Positions 46,850 through 56,113 are shown, numbered from the stretch's first letter. The stretch is DNA of 64,000 nucleotides from Candidatus Gottesmanbacteria bacterium (GCA_023245355.1 JAHFKN010000006.1:454-64453); one strand, 5' to 3'. Numbers and translations: made by a program. The notes: generated by a model not told the origin, from the letters alone.

Positions 46850-47056
46850 TTATTTTTTCGCGATCAGTATTTTATACAGCCAATACAATCCGGACAAACC
46901 GATCAGGATATACACCAGCTTCATCAGCATCGGACTCGTACTGAATATTATCTGTACGAGATCCATTTTAAATGCTCCTACCAGTCCCCAATTCAGTGCG
47001 CCGACCGTCACGAAAATCCATGCCGCCCAGTCAAATTCAGACATTTTTGTTTTCAT
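46850..47056 (-). CDS. DUF378 family small membrane protein
   Basis: WIFVTVGALNWGLVG motif and 2 TM helices. Confidence 0.65.
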   Translation of the reverse strand: MKTKMSEFDWAAWIFVTVGALNWGLVGAFKMDLVQIIFSTSPMLMKLVYILIGLSGLYWLYKILIAKK

Positions 47057-47146
47057 ATCATTCACCTCCTCCGGCAAAAAAGACACAATAAACTCCGTTC
47101 TCTCCGTTGACTAATCCCTCCTACCTATTATTATATAAGCAATCCT

Positions 47147-47524
47147 ATGAAACTACGGGCAAAAATGCTTTCCGTCATCATCTGGTCGGACAATCACCAG
47201 AAACTTGCCAAATGGTATGAAGACGTACTCGGCTTTACGGTACGCGAGGTCACGACGCATCCGGATGATTCGTGTATCGGATTCGATTTCGGGGATACGT
47301 ATTTTTCCGTCGGCCGCCATGACAAGGTACATGGGAAAAGCAAAGACCCGTACCGCGTCATGGTAGGATTCCCGGTTTCCAGCATCAGTGCTGCCTACGA
47401 AGAAATCAAAGACAAAGACATCACCTGGATTGCCAAGCCGTTCGAATCTCCGACAGGGACCACCTGGTGCATGACGATAGCTGACCCCGAAGGAAACATT
47501 CTGCAATTTTTCGGGCAAAAATAG
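47147..47524 (+). CDS. VOC/glyoxalase-bleomycin resistance family protein
   Basis: Size and hydrophobic pattern of the glyoxalase fold. Weak motif support only. Confidence 0.45.
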   Translation: MKLRAKMLSVIIWSDNHQKLAKWYEDVLGFTVREVTTHPDDSCIGFDFGDTYFSVGRHDKVHGKSKDPYRVMVGFPVSSISAAYEEIKDKDITWIAKPFESPTGTTWCMTIADPEGNILQFFGQK

Positions 47525-47539
47525 CCCTGAATTCTTCAT

Positions 47540-47572
47540 TTTTCAGCTGATTTTCAGCGGAAGCCATATAAT
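47540..47572 (+). promoter_or_regulatory. Tandem direct repeats TTTTCAGC-N3-TTTTCAGC overlapping the -35 region of a TATAAT promoter; candidate OmpR-family response-regulator binding site. Probable leaderless start.
   Basis: Repeats at 47540-47547 and 47551-47558 with 11-bp periodicity. TATAAT at 47567-47572 lies 7 nt before the response-regulator ATG at 47580. Confidence 0.5.
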
Positions 47573-47579
47573 ACGGGCT

Positions 47580-48254
47580 ATGAGAATCCTCGTCGTGGAA
47601 GATGAGCATAAAATCGCCGCTGCCATAAAAAAGGGACTGGAACAGGAAACGTATGCCGTCGATGTGGCATTTACCGGTCCGAACGGGTATGATCTCGCAC
47701 TCACCGAAGAGTATGATCTCATCTTGCTGGATCTGATGTTGCCGGGTATGGACGGGCTTACCCTGTGCCGCACGCTCCGCACCAAACACGTCCACACACC
47801 GGTGCTTATGCTTACCGCAAAGGGCCAGATTTCCGACAAGGTGTCGGGACTGGACAGCGGCGCGGATGATTACCTGACCAAACCGTTCTCATTTGAGGAA
47901 CTACTCGCACGCGTACGGGCACTCGCGCGCCGGCCCAAATCAGTACTGGGGAACGTACTGAGTGTAAAAGGACTCAAACTCGATACCATGACCTACGAAG
48001 TCAGCTATTACGGAAAACGCGTGTTGCTTTCGGGTAAGGAATTTTCTCTTCTCGAATATCTGATGAAACATCCTAAACAGGTGTTATCCAAAGATCAGAT
48101 CATCGCCCATGTCTGGGATTATGACGCGGATATTCTGCCCAACACCGTCGAGGTGTATATCAAAAATCTGAGAAATAAAATTGACGTTCCGTTTTCCAAA
48201 AAAAGACAACCGCTTATCGTAACAGTCAGAGGATTCGGATACAGATTAGGATAA
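47580..48254 (+). CDS. OmpR-family response regulator
   Basis: Receiver domain (VVEDE..D..LLDLMLPGMDG) plus a winged-helix C-terminus. Confidence 0.9.
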   Translation: MRILVVEDEHKIAAAIKKGLEQETYAVDVAFTGPNGYDLALTEEYDLILLDLMLPGMDGLTLCRTLRTKHVHTPVLMLTAKGQISDKVSGLDSGADDYLTKPFSFEELLARVRALARRPKSVLGNVLSVKGLKLDTMTYEVSYYGKRVLLSGKEFSLLEYLMKHPKQVLSKDQIIAHVWDYDADILPNTVEVYIKNLRNKIDVPFSKKRQPLIVTVRGFGYRLG

Positions 48255-48259
48255 CGACT

Positions 48260-49285
48260 ATGTTTCATGCAGCACGATTCAAACTCACGGCATGGTACCT
48301 GATAATTATCATGGTCGTAAGCATTTCTTTCAGCGCGGTGATATACCGGGTGCTTACCATGGAATTGGAACGCTTCGGACGCATACAGCGGTATCGTATC
48401 GAGCACCGCCTGAGAAACGATATTATAATTCCGCTCGATGACTCGCTTGCTCCTCCCCAGATGCTCCCGATCGACGATCCGGAACTGGTCAATTACATCA
48501 AGCACCGCATGCTCGTAACACTTATTATCGTAAACGGTTCCATATTTGTACTTTCCGGATTATTGGCATATATGCTCGCCGGCCGCACGCTCAAACCAAT
48601 TGCCGATATGGTCGACGAACAGAACCGGTTCATATCGGATGCCAGTCACGAACTCCGCACGCCGCTCACCGCGCTTAAGGCGACGCTCGAAGTAAATCTG
48701 CGCGACAAAAACCTTACTGCCCAATCCGCCAAAACAGTACTGCAGGACAGTATAGAGGAAGTAAATTCACTCCAGTCGCTCACCGATTCCCTGCTGACAC
48801 TGGCGCAATATCAGAAACCGGGTGCGGCATATCAGTTCGAAACACTTGATCTGAATGCACTCATCTCGGAAGCAGTAAAACGGGTCGCGCCTATTGCACG
48901 CGAAAAAAATGTGTCGATACAGCAGTCTGCAATACGGGGAAATGTTACCGGAATCCGGCACAGTCTTATTGATGTGTTCACCATCCTGCTGGAAAATGCA
49001 GTGAAATACAGCCGGAAATCCGGAACGGTCCGCATACGGATACAGCACAAGGACAAACATACGCTTATCTCCGTTATTGATCGCGGCATCGGAATCGCCG
49101 ACAAGGATCTGCCGTATATTTTTGACCGTTTCTTTCGGGCGGATAGCGCGAGAACGGCATATGAACGGGACGGATACGGTTTGGGACTTTCCATCGCCCA
49201 ACAAATAGTGACCCTGCACCACGGAACGATTGCGGTCATCAGTACGCCGGCATCGGGCAGCATGTTTACCGTAACACTGCCGTAA
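48260..49285 (+). CDS. Sensor histidine kinase
   Basis: 2 TM helices, the HisKA H-box HELRTPLTAL, and HATPase N/G boxes. Confidence 0.9.
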   Translation: MFHAARFKLTAWYLIIIMVVSISFSAVIYRVLTMELERFGRIQRYRIEHRLRNDIIIPLDDSLAPPQMLPIDDPELVNYIKHRMLVTLIIVNGSIFVLSGLLAYMLAGRTLKPIADMVDEQNRFISDASHELRTPLTALKATLEVNLRDKNLTAQSAKTVLQDSIEEVNSLQSLTDSLLTLAQYQKPGAAYQFETLDLNALISEAVKRVAPIAREKNVSIQQSAIRGNVTGIRHSLIDVFTILLENAVKYSRKSGTVRIRIQHKDKHTLISVIDRGIGIADKDLPYIFDRFFRADSARTAYERDGYGLGLSIAQQIVTLHHGTIAVISTPASGSMFTVTLP

Positions 49286-49325
49286 ACTTCAGCAGGATTT
49301 CAGAAACACACGGTACGATATGTAT

Positions 49326-50621
49326 ATGAAACGGGCACTGCAGTGGATTATGAAATTATCGAAACTACAAAAAGCAGGCATTGTTGCCGCAGTACTCATC
49401 ATGTCGGGTATCGGTATCTGGCGCATCAGTACATCCCAGAAAAAATCGCCGGTGTATCAGACGGCACAGGCTGAAAAAGGAACGCTTGTCGTTTCCGTAT
49501 CGGTATCCGGTCAGGTTTCCAGTGCCAACAGTGCCGAAGTTACCACCCAGGCGTCAGGAGTAGTCAAAACGGTATTCGTAAAAGACGGCGACAGCGTCAG
49601 GGCGGGCGACAAAATCGCACAACTGGATCTGGATCTGGTCGGACAGCAACGCGCACAACAGGCATATGCAAGCTACCAGAGCGCACAGAATGCCCTCGGC
49701 AGTGCCAAAGCAAATCTGTATACGTCGCAGTCAACACTACTCACTCAATGGGAAGCATTCATGGCGAAAGCACAGAATTCCACATACGAAAATCCGGATG
49801 ACTCCCCCAACACGGGCAACCGGCAACTTTCTGATTTTGTCATCACCCAGGACGACTGGCTCGCCAGCGAGGCAAAATACAAAGTCCAGCAGAATGCCAT
49901 CGCACAGGCGCAGACGTCGCTTTCCTCTTCCTGGTACAGCTATCAGCAGTCCTCTCCGACAATCGTCGCTCCGATTTCCGGAAAAATCACCGGGCTTTCT
50001 CTGCAGCCCGGTATCGTCATAAATGCGCAGACAAATTCTTCGGGCGGCTCATCGAGTCAGCGGATTGCCAGCGTCAAAACGGACGCGCCTCCTACGGTAA
50101 GTTTAAACATAACCCAAATTGACGCTCCCAAAGTAAAAGCGGGAAACAAAGCGACGCTCACGTTTGACGCATTCCCCGACAAAACATTTACGGGTGAAGT
50201 CGTAAGCATCGATACGATCGGCTCACAGACATCGGGCGTCACTACCTATCCGGCTATTATCAAACTGGACTCCGCCGTAGAAGGATTGTTGCCGAACATG
50301 TCTGCCGCAGCAAATATAATTACCGCGACCAAAGACGGTGTCCTGCTGGTTCCATCAGCCGCTGTACAGACACAAAACAACACGTCGTACGTACGGGTGA
50401 TGAAAAACAAGGAAGTCTCCCAGGTGGAAGTCGCGACCGGACTAACCGGCGACAGCCAAACGGAAATCGTTTCCGGAATCAGCGAAGGAGACACGGTCGT
50501 GACATCGGTAACCAACGGATCATCAGCAGCAGGCAGTTCCAACCAGTCCGCTTCGCCGTTCAGTCCGTTCGGTAGGACGGGGACGGGTACCAACCGGCAA
50601 TTCCAGATGATATCACGGTAA
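49326..50621 (+). CDS. Efflux transporter periplasmic adaptor subunit (HlyD family), second paralog
   Basis: N-terminal TM helix, coiled coil and beta domains. Same architecture as the gene at 11127-12173. Confidence 0.8.
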   Translation: MKRALQWIMKLSKLQKAGIVAAVLIMSGIGIWRISTSQKKSPVYQTAQAEKGTLVVSVSVSGQVSSANSAEVTTQASGVVKTVFVKDGDSVRAGDKIAQLDLDLVGQQRAQQAYASYQSAQNALGSAKANLYTSQSTLLTQWEAFMAKAQNSTYENPDDSPNTGNRQLSDFVITQDDWLASEAKYKVQQNAIAQAQTSLSSSWYSYQQSSPTIVAPISGKITGLSLQPGIVINAQTNSSGGSSSQRIASVKTDAPPTVSLNITQIDAPKVKAGNKATLTFDAFPDKTFTGEVVSIDTIGSQTSGVTTYPAIIKLDSAVEGLLPNMSAAANIITATKDGVLLVPSAAVQTQNNTSYVRVMKNKEVSQVEVATGLTGDSQTEIVSGISEGDTVVTSVTNGSSAAGSSNQSASPFSPFGRTGTGTNRQFQMISR

Positions 50622-50628
50622 CATATGT

Positions 50629-51327
50629 ATGATTTCCCTTTCTCACATCACAAAAATTTACAAAACGGAAACAATCGAAACCAAAGCGCTCGACGACGTA
50701 TCGTTTGAAATAAAAAAAGGCGAGTTTGTCGCGATCATGGGTCCTTCAGGCAGCGGCAAATCCACACTGATGCATATATTGGGAGCCCTCGACCTGCCGA
50801 CCAGCGGCACCTATACGCTGGACAATGAAACGGTATCAGCGCTGTCAGAAGATGAACTTGCCGATATGCGTAACCGCAAAATCGGATTTATATTTCAGGC
50901 GTTTAATCTGCTTCCCAGAACAACCGCGATAAAAAACGTGATGATTCCCATGATGTACGCGGGTGTCCCCAAAGAGGAGCGCATCTCCAGAGCCAAAAAA
51001 TATCTGGAGATGGTAGGCCTTAAAGACAGGATGTATCACACCTCGAATCAGATATCCGGCGGTCAGCAGCAGCGTGTGGCTATCGCGCGCGGATTAGCCA
51101 TGAATCCTGCCATTCTCCTGGCAGATGAGCCGACGGGCAACATCGCTACCGCCCAGGCGGAAGAAATTATGAACATATTTGAAGAACTCAATGACAAAGG
51201 CCATACGATCATCATGATCACACATGAGCCTGACATCGCTCATCACGCGAAACGGATCATCATCCTGCGGGACGGAAAAATTATTTCCGACGTGAAAAAC
51301 GGCAAAAGGAAAAAACTATGGAACTAA
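50629..51327 (+). CDS. ABC transporter ATP-binding protein, second paralog
   Basis: Walker [10 protein letters not shown], signature ISGGQQQRV, Walker [10 protein letters not shown]. High similarity to the ATPase at 12170-12865. Confidence 0.9.
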   Translation: MISLSHITKIYKTETIETKALDDVSFEIKKGEFVAIMGPSGSGKSTLMHILGALDLPTSGTYTLDNETVSALSEDELADMRNRKIGFIFQAFNLLPRTTAIKNVMIPMMYAGVPKEERISRAKKYLEMVGLKDRMYHTSNQISGGQQQRVAIARGLAMNPAILLADEPTGNIATAQAEEIMNIFEELNDKGHTIIMITHEPDIAHHAKRIIILRDGKIISDVKNGKRKKLWN

Positions 51328-52541
51328 GGGAAATCGTAACAGAAGCACTCAGCACGCTGACGATAAACAAACTCCGGACGGGACTTGCCGTGCTGGGCAT
51401 TATTATCGGCATCGGGAGCGTCATTGCACTTATCAGTCTCGGACAAAGCAGCCAAAAATCAATTGAAAACCAAATTCAGTCATTGGGATCCAATATTCTT
51501 ACCGTGTCCCCTGCCGGACAAAACACCGGCGCAGTCAGAGGCGCCGGAGGCGGAGGTACGACACTAACCCCGGAAGATGCAAGTGCACTCAAGTCTGCCA
51601 CTACCCTTACGACAATTGCCCGTATTTCCCCGGAATACGCACGGCGAAGCCAGGTAACGGCAGGACGCAATAATACCAATACACAGATAATCGGCGTGGA
51701 GCCGCAATATGCGGATATCCGGAAAATAACAGTCGCAACCGGTGCATTTATTACCGACAGAGATGTTTCCATTCTCTCTAAAGTCGCGGTCCTGGGACCT
51801 CAGGCTGCCTCCGATTTATTCGGTGACAGCACTGAGTTGCTGGGGCAGAGCATACGTATCAGCGGACAAATACTCACCGTTATCGGTGTCACTTCATCAA
51901 AAGGCGGAAGCGGATTTAATAACCCCGATGATGCAATCTATGTGCCGTTGTCTACTGCTCAAAAAATTCTTTTCGGTGCCAACAACCTTACCAGCATTGC
52001 CGTTGAAGCAAAAGACTCCGGCGTGATGACTGAAACCCAAAATGAAATCGGGTACTTTCTGCTCGCGCGTCACAAAATCTCAGATCCTGCAAACGCAGAC
52101 TTCACTATTTTTTCCCAAAATGACATTTTGAATACCGTGTCCCAGGTCACCGGAACATTTACCACGCTGCTTGGGGGTATTGCTGCCATATCACTCCTGG
52201 TAGGCGGAATAGGTATTATGAATATCATGCTGGTCACGGTGACCGAACGCACGCGTGAGATAGGACTCAGGAAGGCACTGGGAGCCAAAAAACGGCTTAT
52301 CATCACTCAATTTCTGACCGAAGCGATATTACTTACTATTATCGGGGGCATCGTCGGCATGGCGCTGGGAATTATTATCTCCTACATACTCACGCGCGTT
52401 ATGAACATGCCGTTTACCATTTCCCCGTTTTCCGTCATCCTCGCCCTGGGTGTTTCCGGCGGCATAGGTATTTTGTTCGGCTGGTATCCGGCAAAAAAAG
52501 CGGCCGATTTACTGCCGATTGAAGCATTGCGGTATGAATAA
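51318..52541 (+). CDS. ABC transporter permease (MacB/FtsX-like), second paralog
   Basis: Same domain order as the permease at 12862-14061, with a conserved C-terminus (AARLDPIEALRYE / AADLLPIEALRYE). Confidence 0.85.
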   Translation: MELREIVTEALSTLTINKLRTGLAVLGIIIGIGSVIALISLGQSSQKSIENQIQSLGSNILTVSPAGQNTGAVRGAGGGGTTLTPEDASALKSATTLTTIARISPEYARRSQVTAGRNNTNTQIIGVEPQYADIRKITVATGAFITDRDVSILSKVAVLGPQAASDLFGDSTELLGQSIRISGQILTVIGVTSSKGGSGFNNPDDAIYVPLSTAQKILFGANNLTSIAVEAKDSGVMTETQNEIGYFLLARHKISDPANADFTIFSQNDILNTVSQVTGTFTTLLGGIAAISLLVGGIGIMNIMLVTVTERTREIGLRKALGAKKRLIITQFLTEAILLTIIGGIVGMALGIIISYILTRVMNMPFTISPFSVILALGVSGGIGILFGWYPAKKAADLLPIEALRYE

Positions 52542-52571
52542 ATGTAACGCATCGGAGGAGGTGAATACAGA

Positions 52572-53024
52572 TTGAAACAGATGAATAAAACAAACCTTAT
52601 TACCATAGCACTCGTTCTGTCAGGTATAGCCGGAGGAGGCGGATTTTTTGCCGGAATGAAATATCAGCAAAATATACGCAACTCGTTTTTTACCCAAATG
52701 GGTAGCGGACAATTCCGCGGAAACACCATGATGAGAAACGGGGGCAACACGCGCAGCGGATTCCGTCCGGTAGCCGGTGAGATCATCAAACGCGATGATA
52801 CCTCCGTCACGGTCAAACTAGCTGACGGCAGCAGTAAAATCGTGTTGATAACCGAAAAAACGGACATCAGAAAAACGGATACGGGACTCAAAACCGATCT
52901 TACAACCGGCACGCAGATTGCGGTATTCGGCTCCGAAAATACGGACGGATCCGTAACGGCGCAAAATGTGCAGATAAATCCCGTACGGATGGGCATAAAC
53001 AGCCCGACACCCGCACAGAAATAA
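52572..53024 (+). CDS. DUF5666-like secreted/membrane-anchored protein
   Basis: N-terminal TM helix and repeated VTV..ADGS...V beta-strand-like motifs, as in DUF5666 proteins that often accompany two-component/ABC modules. Confidence 0.45.
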   Translation: MKQMNKTNLITIALVLSGIAGGGGFFAGMKYQQNIRNSFFTQMGSGQFRGNTMMRNGGNTRSGFRPVAGEIIKRDDTSVTVKLADGSSKIVLITEKTDIRKTDTGLKTDLTTGTQIAVFGSENTDGSVTAQNVQINPVRMGINSPTPAQK

Positions 53025-53080
53025 ACCCTGGCTGGTGAGCCGGCAATTTATACTGTATGATAGATTACAAAGAAAGGTGT

Positions 53081-53545
53081 ATGACCATGAAAAATAATAT
53101 GTTTGTCGCCGTGTTAATAGTAGCTTTGGCGGCCGGCGGTTTATGGTATATCAAAACCTCCAAAACACCGGCGCCCGTCATGGAGAAAACAGAAGAACCG
53201 GTAACACCAAGTAAAGCTATGCCGGCAACCGATTCCGCAGGGACGAAAGAAACCGTGGTAGATGACAACGCGAAAGAAATTGTCATCAACGCTTCGGAAT
53301 ACAAATTTTCTCCGGTGACACTCACCGTCAAAAAGGGTGAACCCATCAAGCTGACGCTTAAAAACGTCGGAAAAATGCCGCATGATTTCGTCATAGACGA
53401 GCTCGGCATCCGGACGAAAAAAATTGCAGGAGGCGATACCGATACGATCGTGTTTACGCCGGAAAAAACCGGAACATTCGAATACTACTGCTCGGTCGGA
53501 AGCCATAGGGCATTGGGCATGGTAGGTAAAATCACGATAGAGTAA
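53081..53545 (+). CDS. Cupredoxin (type 1 blue copper, plastocyanin/azurin-like) protein, membrane-anchored
   Basis: N-terminal TM helix and the ligand pattern H (PHDF) ... C-x4-H-x4-M (YYCSVGSHRALGM). Confidence 0.7.
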   Translation: MTMKNNMFVAVLIVALAAGGLWYIKTSKTPAPVMEKTEEPVTPSKAMPATDSAGTKETVVDDNAKEIVINASEYKFSPVTLTVKKGEPIKLTLKNVGKMPHDFVIDELGIRTKKIAGGDTDTIVFTPEKTGTFEYYCSVGSHRALGMVGKITIE

Positions 53546-53573
53546 CCAGAGGTTCCTTTTCTTTGTAAGAGTA

Positions 53574-53601
53574 CCGATCCGTCCGGCATCGGGCGGATCG
53601 G
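53574..53601. terminator. Convergent-gene hairpin terminator between the cupredoxin gene and engB
   Basis: CCGATCCGTCC-GGCATC-GGGCGGATCGG: an 11-bp stem with one G-U pair, followed by a T-containing tract on the plus strand. Confidence 0.5.
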
Positions 53602-53612
53602 CTCGTTTGAAG

Positions 53613-54194
53613 TTATTTCGTAAATATGAGGCTCATCAGGGCATCTCTCCCCTCGAGCGTACGGGACGAATAGACGATCACCGGATGATCTTTACAATCC
53701 TCGGCAATCTTTTTTAGCTGACTGTGGCGCTCACTCATAGAGAGTTTATCGACTTTGTTTGCAATGATGATAAACGGAATCTTGTTGTCCGTGAGGAGGT
53801 TGATGGATTCACGGTCATAATCCGTAAGCCCGACTTTTGCGTCGATAATCAGCACTGCAAGCTTATGGACAACCCCGGATCTGAACAAATACCAGGCGAT
53901 CAGTTTGCGGTAATGCTCCAGACTTTCACGGCTCCGTTTGGCGAATCCATACCCGGGCAAATCGACAAAAAACAATTTGTGCTGCACCAGAAAAAAATCA
54001 AGTTTCACCGTTTTCCCCGGCCTGCTGCTTGAGCGGGCAAGTTCCTTACCGATAAGAGAGTTAATCAGGCTTGATTTACCGACATTAGACCTGCCCAGAA
54101 ACGTAATTTTGGGCTTGTTGTCCTTGATAATGTCGTCCGTACCATTGATGCTTTTGACGTAACTGGCTTCCAGCGGAGAGTTATTCATATCCAA
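53613..54194 (-). CDS. engB: Ribosome biogenesis GTPase EngB (YsxC/YihA)
   Basis: G1 motif GRSNVGKSSL, G3 motif DLPGYG, and G4 motif NKVD. Confidence 0.9.
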   Translation of the reverse strand: MDMNNSPLEASYVKSINGTDDIIKDNKPKITFLGRSNVGKSSLINSLIGKELARSSSRPGKTVKLDFFLVQHKLFFVDLPGYGFAKRSRESLEHYRKLIAWYLFRSGVVHKLAVLIIDAKVGLTDYDRESINLLTDNKIPFIIIANKVDKLSMSERHSQLKKIAEDCKDHPVIVYSSRTLEGRDALMSLIFTK

Positions 54195-54206
54195 AAGGAG
54201 TATACG

Positions 54207-55378
54207 TCATAGATGCGGAAAGATATAGAGCTCCTCCTCTGCCCTGGTGACGGCGGTGTATAACCATCTGCGCCATTGATCATCCGTCATTTTGGAAAAC
54301 CGCTCCTCAAAAAGGATAACGCGTCTGGCCTGTGAACCCTGGGCTTTATGAACGGTAAGCGCATAGCCGAAATCAAACAAGTCGATGCCGTGATACCGCG
54401 CCCGGTCCTCGGTAAAGTTTAACGCGGTGTCAGCATCAAACTGATCTGCCGCAATAAGCCCTGAATACATTTCGCTTTCCCCGTCTATCTCTATATCCGC
54501 GGCATACGAACGGTCATTCATGCGCAGGATTTTTTTATCGTGCCGAGCATCCCGTTATAAATTTTCGCCCTGTGATTATTCCGAAGGCAAATGACACGGT
54601 CCCCTATCTCCGGAGTCGGAGTTTCAAACCCCAGGGCCGCGCGTATATAGGCATTTAACCTTTTCCTCGTTTTATTATAGCCGCACAAAATCAGTGTTTC
54701 CGACCGGTAATTCGTCAGCATTTCCTGCATGACTTCTCCCGTTTCCGCGTCATCGCCGCCGTATTTTATGACGGTTCCTGAATATCTGCCCGGTATAATC
54801 TCACCTGTCTTACGGGCGCTGATAGAAAGCGAAATAATCGGATTTTTCCGCGCCTGACGGTGTATCTCCTCCAATTTCACATGCGGCGTCTGCATGAGAG
54901 TAAAGTTACCTTTAATCGGCGGGAGCTGTCCGTGATCCCCGACCACAATCATCGGGACACGATAGGATATAAGGTGTTCCCATATCGTTTGATCGACCAT
55001 GGACCCTTCGTCCACAATGATAAGATTTCTGTCGATCTCGTCTTTTGTTTTCCACCCGACGATTTCTTCTTTGGCATTAAGTATGGGCGTATAGATAAGC
55101 GAGTGAATCGTCCCGACGCTGTCCTGACGGTAGAGCACATCCGCCTCTTTTATCTTGGTCTGCAGGACCCGCGCTGCTTTACCGGTAAAACTGACGAATC
55201 CTACCTTGAGCCCCGGGTCTATTTTGGCAAGCTCCCTACGTATCACGGCAATCAGTGTGGTTTTCCCGGTTCCCGCATAGCCGCCCAAGGTCACATACTG
55301 CATCGACCCCCTGTCTTTCCTATACCACTCCAGTATATGATCGAGTGCGGATTTTTGGTCTTTGGACAATACGGGCAT
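54207..55378 (-). pseudogene. Dda/RecD-like SF1 helicase split into two overlapping ORFs at an A7 tract (frameshift, possibly programmed or a sequencing artefact)
   Basis: The upstream ORF (54518-55378) has Walker A GYAGTGKTT, motif II IVDEGSM and an SH3-like insert (GDRVICLRNNH..YNGMLGTI). The downstream ORF (54207-54521) carries motif VI (TVHKAQGSQ). The two overlap by ATGA. A -1 slip in AAAAAAA (54531-54537) gives the in-frame fusion ...GTIKKILRMNDRS.... Confidence 0.7.
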
Positions 55379-55433
55379 ATGGAGACTCACTATAGTCCAG
55401 GGAAAATTATTAGTAAAGCAGGGCAAAGAAGAA

Positions 55434-55736
55434 TTATTTCCTGAAGCGTCTTAGTAATTTCCGGATATCTTCGACAAGAAGTGCCAGACCGATAGGACCT
55501 TCTTCCACATCATCCATGCCGGCCATACGGATATTGCGCCGTATTCTTCCTTTACTCAGCGCCTCCAGATCGGGAGAATGTTTAGCCACCATAAGACCTT
55601 GGAAGTCTTCTTCATCCCGGCCGGTTACCTGAGCAAGTTCAGCGCCGCTCAAAGGAACTCCCGCTTTGTGAAGCGTTACGGCATCCGCATATTTTTTCTG
55701 TGTTGCTGTTTTCTTCTCCGGCATAGCAAAATGCAA
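55434..55736 (-). CDS. Hypothetical small protein (100 aa) immediately upstream of the split helicase
   Basis: ORF packed 8 nt from the helicase start. No motif recognised. Confidence 0.35.
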   Translation of the reverse strand: MHFAMPEKKTATQKKYADAVTLHKAGVPLSGAELAQVTGRDEEDFQGLMVAKHSPDLEALSKGRIRRNIRMAGMDDVEEGPIGLALLVEDIRKLLRRFRK

Positions 55737-55845
55737 TTATACCGCAGGAAATGCGTATCGGTCATGTATATCCCGATATCGCTATTTTTATACACAAGCA
55801 GTTACCTTATATTTGCAGGCTAATTTAGGGTATAATACATACACT

Positions 55846-55898
55846 TGCGGGATCGTATAACGGTAGTACGTCCCGCTTCGCGGGATTATCTTGGTTCG
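55846..55898 (+). pseudogene. Truncated tRNA-Gln-like fragment (5' half duplicate) downstream of a TATAAT promoter
   Basis: 25 nt identical to the tRNA-Gln acceptor and D-arm (TGCGGGATCGTATAACGGTAGTACG), then a degenerate anticodon region and TATCTTGGTTCG. The 3' T-stem and acceptor are missing. TATAAT at 55831-55836. Confidence 0.55.
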
Positions 55899-55926
55899 TT
55901 TACATAATTGTATTTATCAACACTGC

Positions 55927-55997
55927 TGCGGGATCGTATAACGGTAGTACGCATCCCTCTGGAGGATGTTATCTTGGTTCGAATCCAAGTCCCGCAG
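55927..55997 (+). tRNA. tRNA-Gln (anticodon CUG)
   Basis: Hand-folded: U1-A72 acceptor (UGCGGGA/UCCCGCA), 3-bp D-stem GUA/UAC with a GG loop, anticodon stem CAUCC/GGAUG with loop CUCUGGA, T-arm CUUGG-UUCGAAU-CCAAG, discriminator G. CCA is not encoded. An 11-bp inverted repeat flanks it (55916-55926 / 55997-56007). Confidence 0.75.
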
Positions 55998-56113
55998 CAG
56001 TGTTGATAAGCACGAACAAACATCCAAATCCCGCAGCATATACAAAATTTGTCCGCCGGAATTTTTTTCGCGCAAACGCCGACAGCATCGAATACTGGTA
56101 CAATAGCCTCATC

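Noticed and set aside
55801-55845. A -35 element for the tRNA-Gln promoter.
   Set aside because: Only a good -10 (TATAAT) is evident. Candidate -35 hexamers (TTGCAG, TATATT) have wrong spacing or poor matches, so only the -10 is reported.
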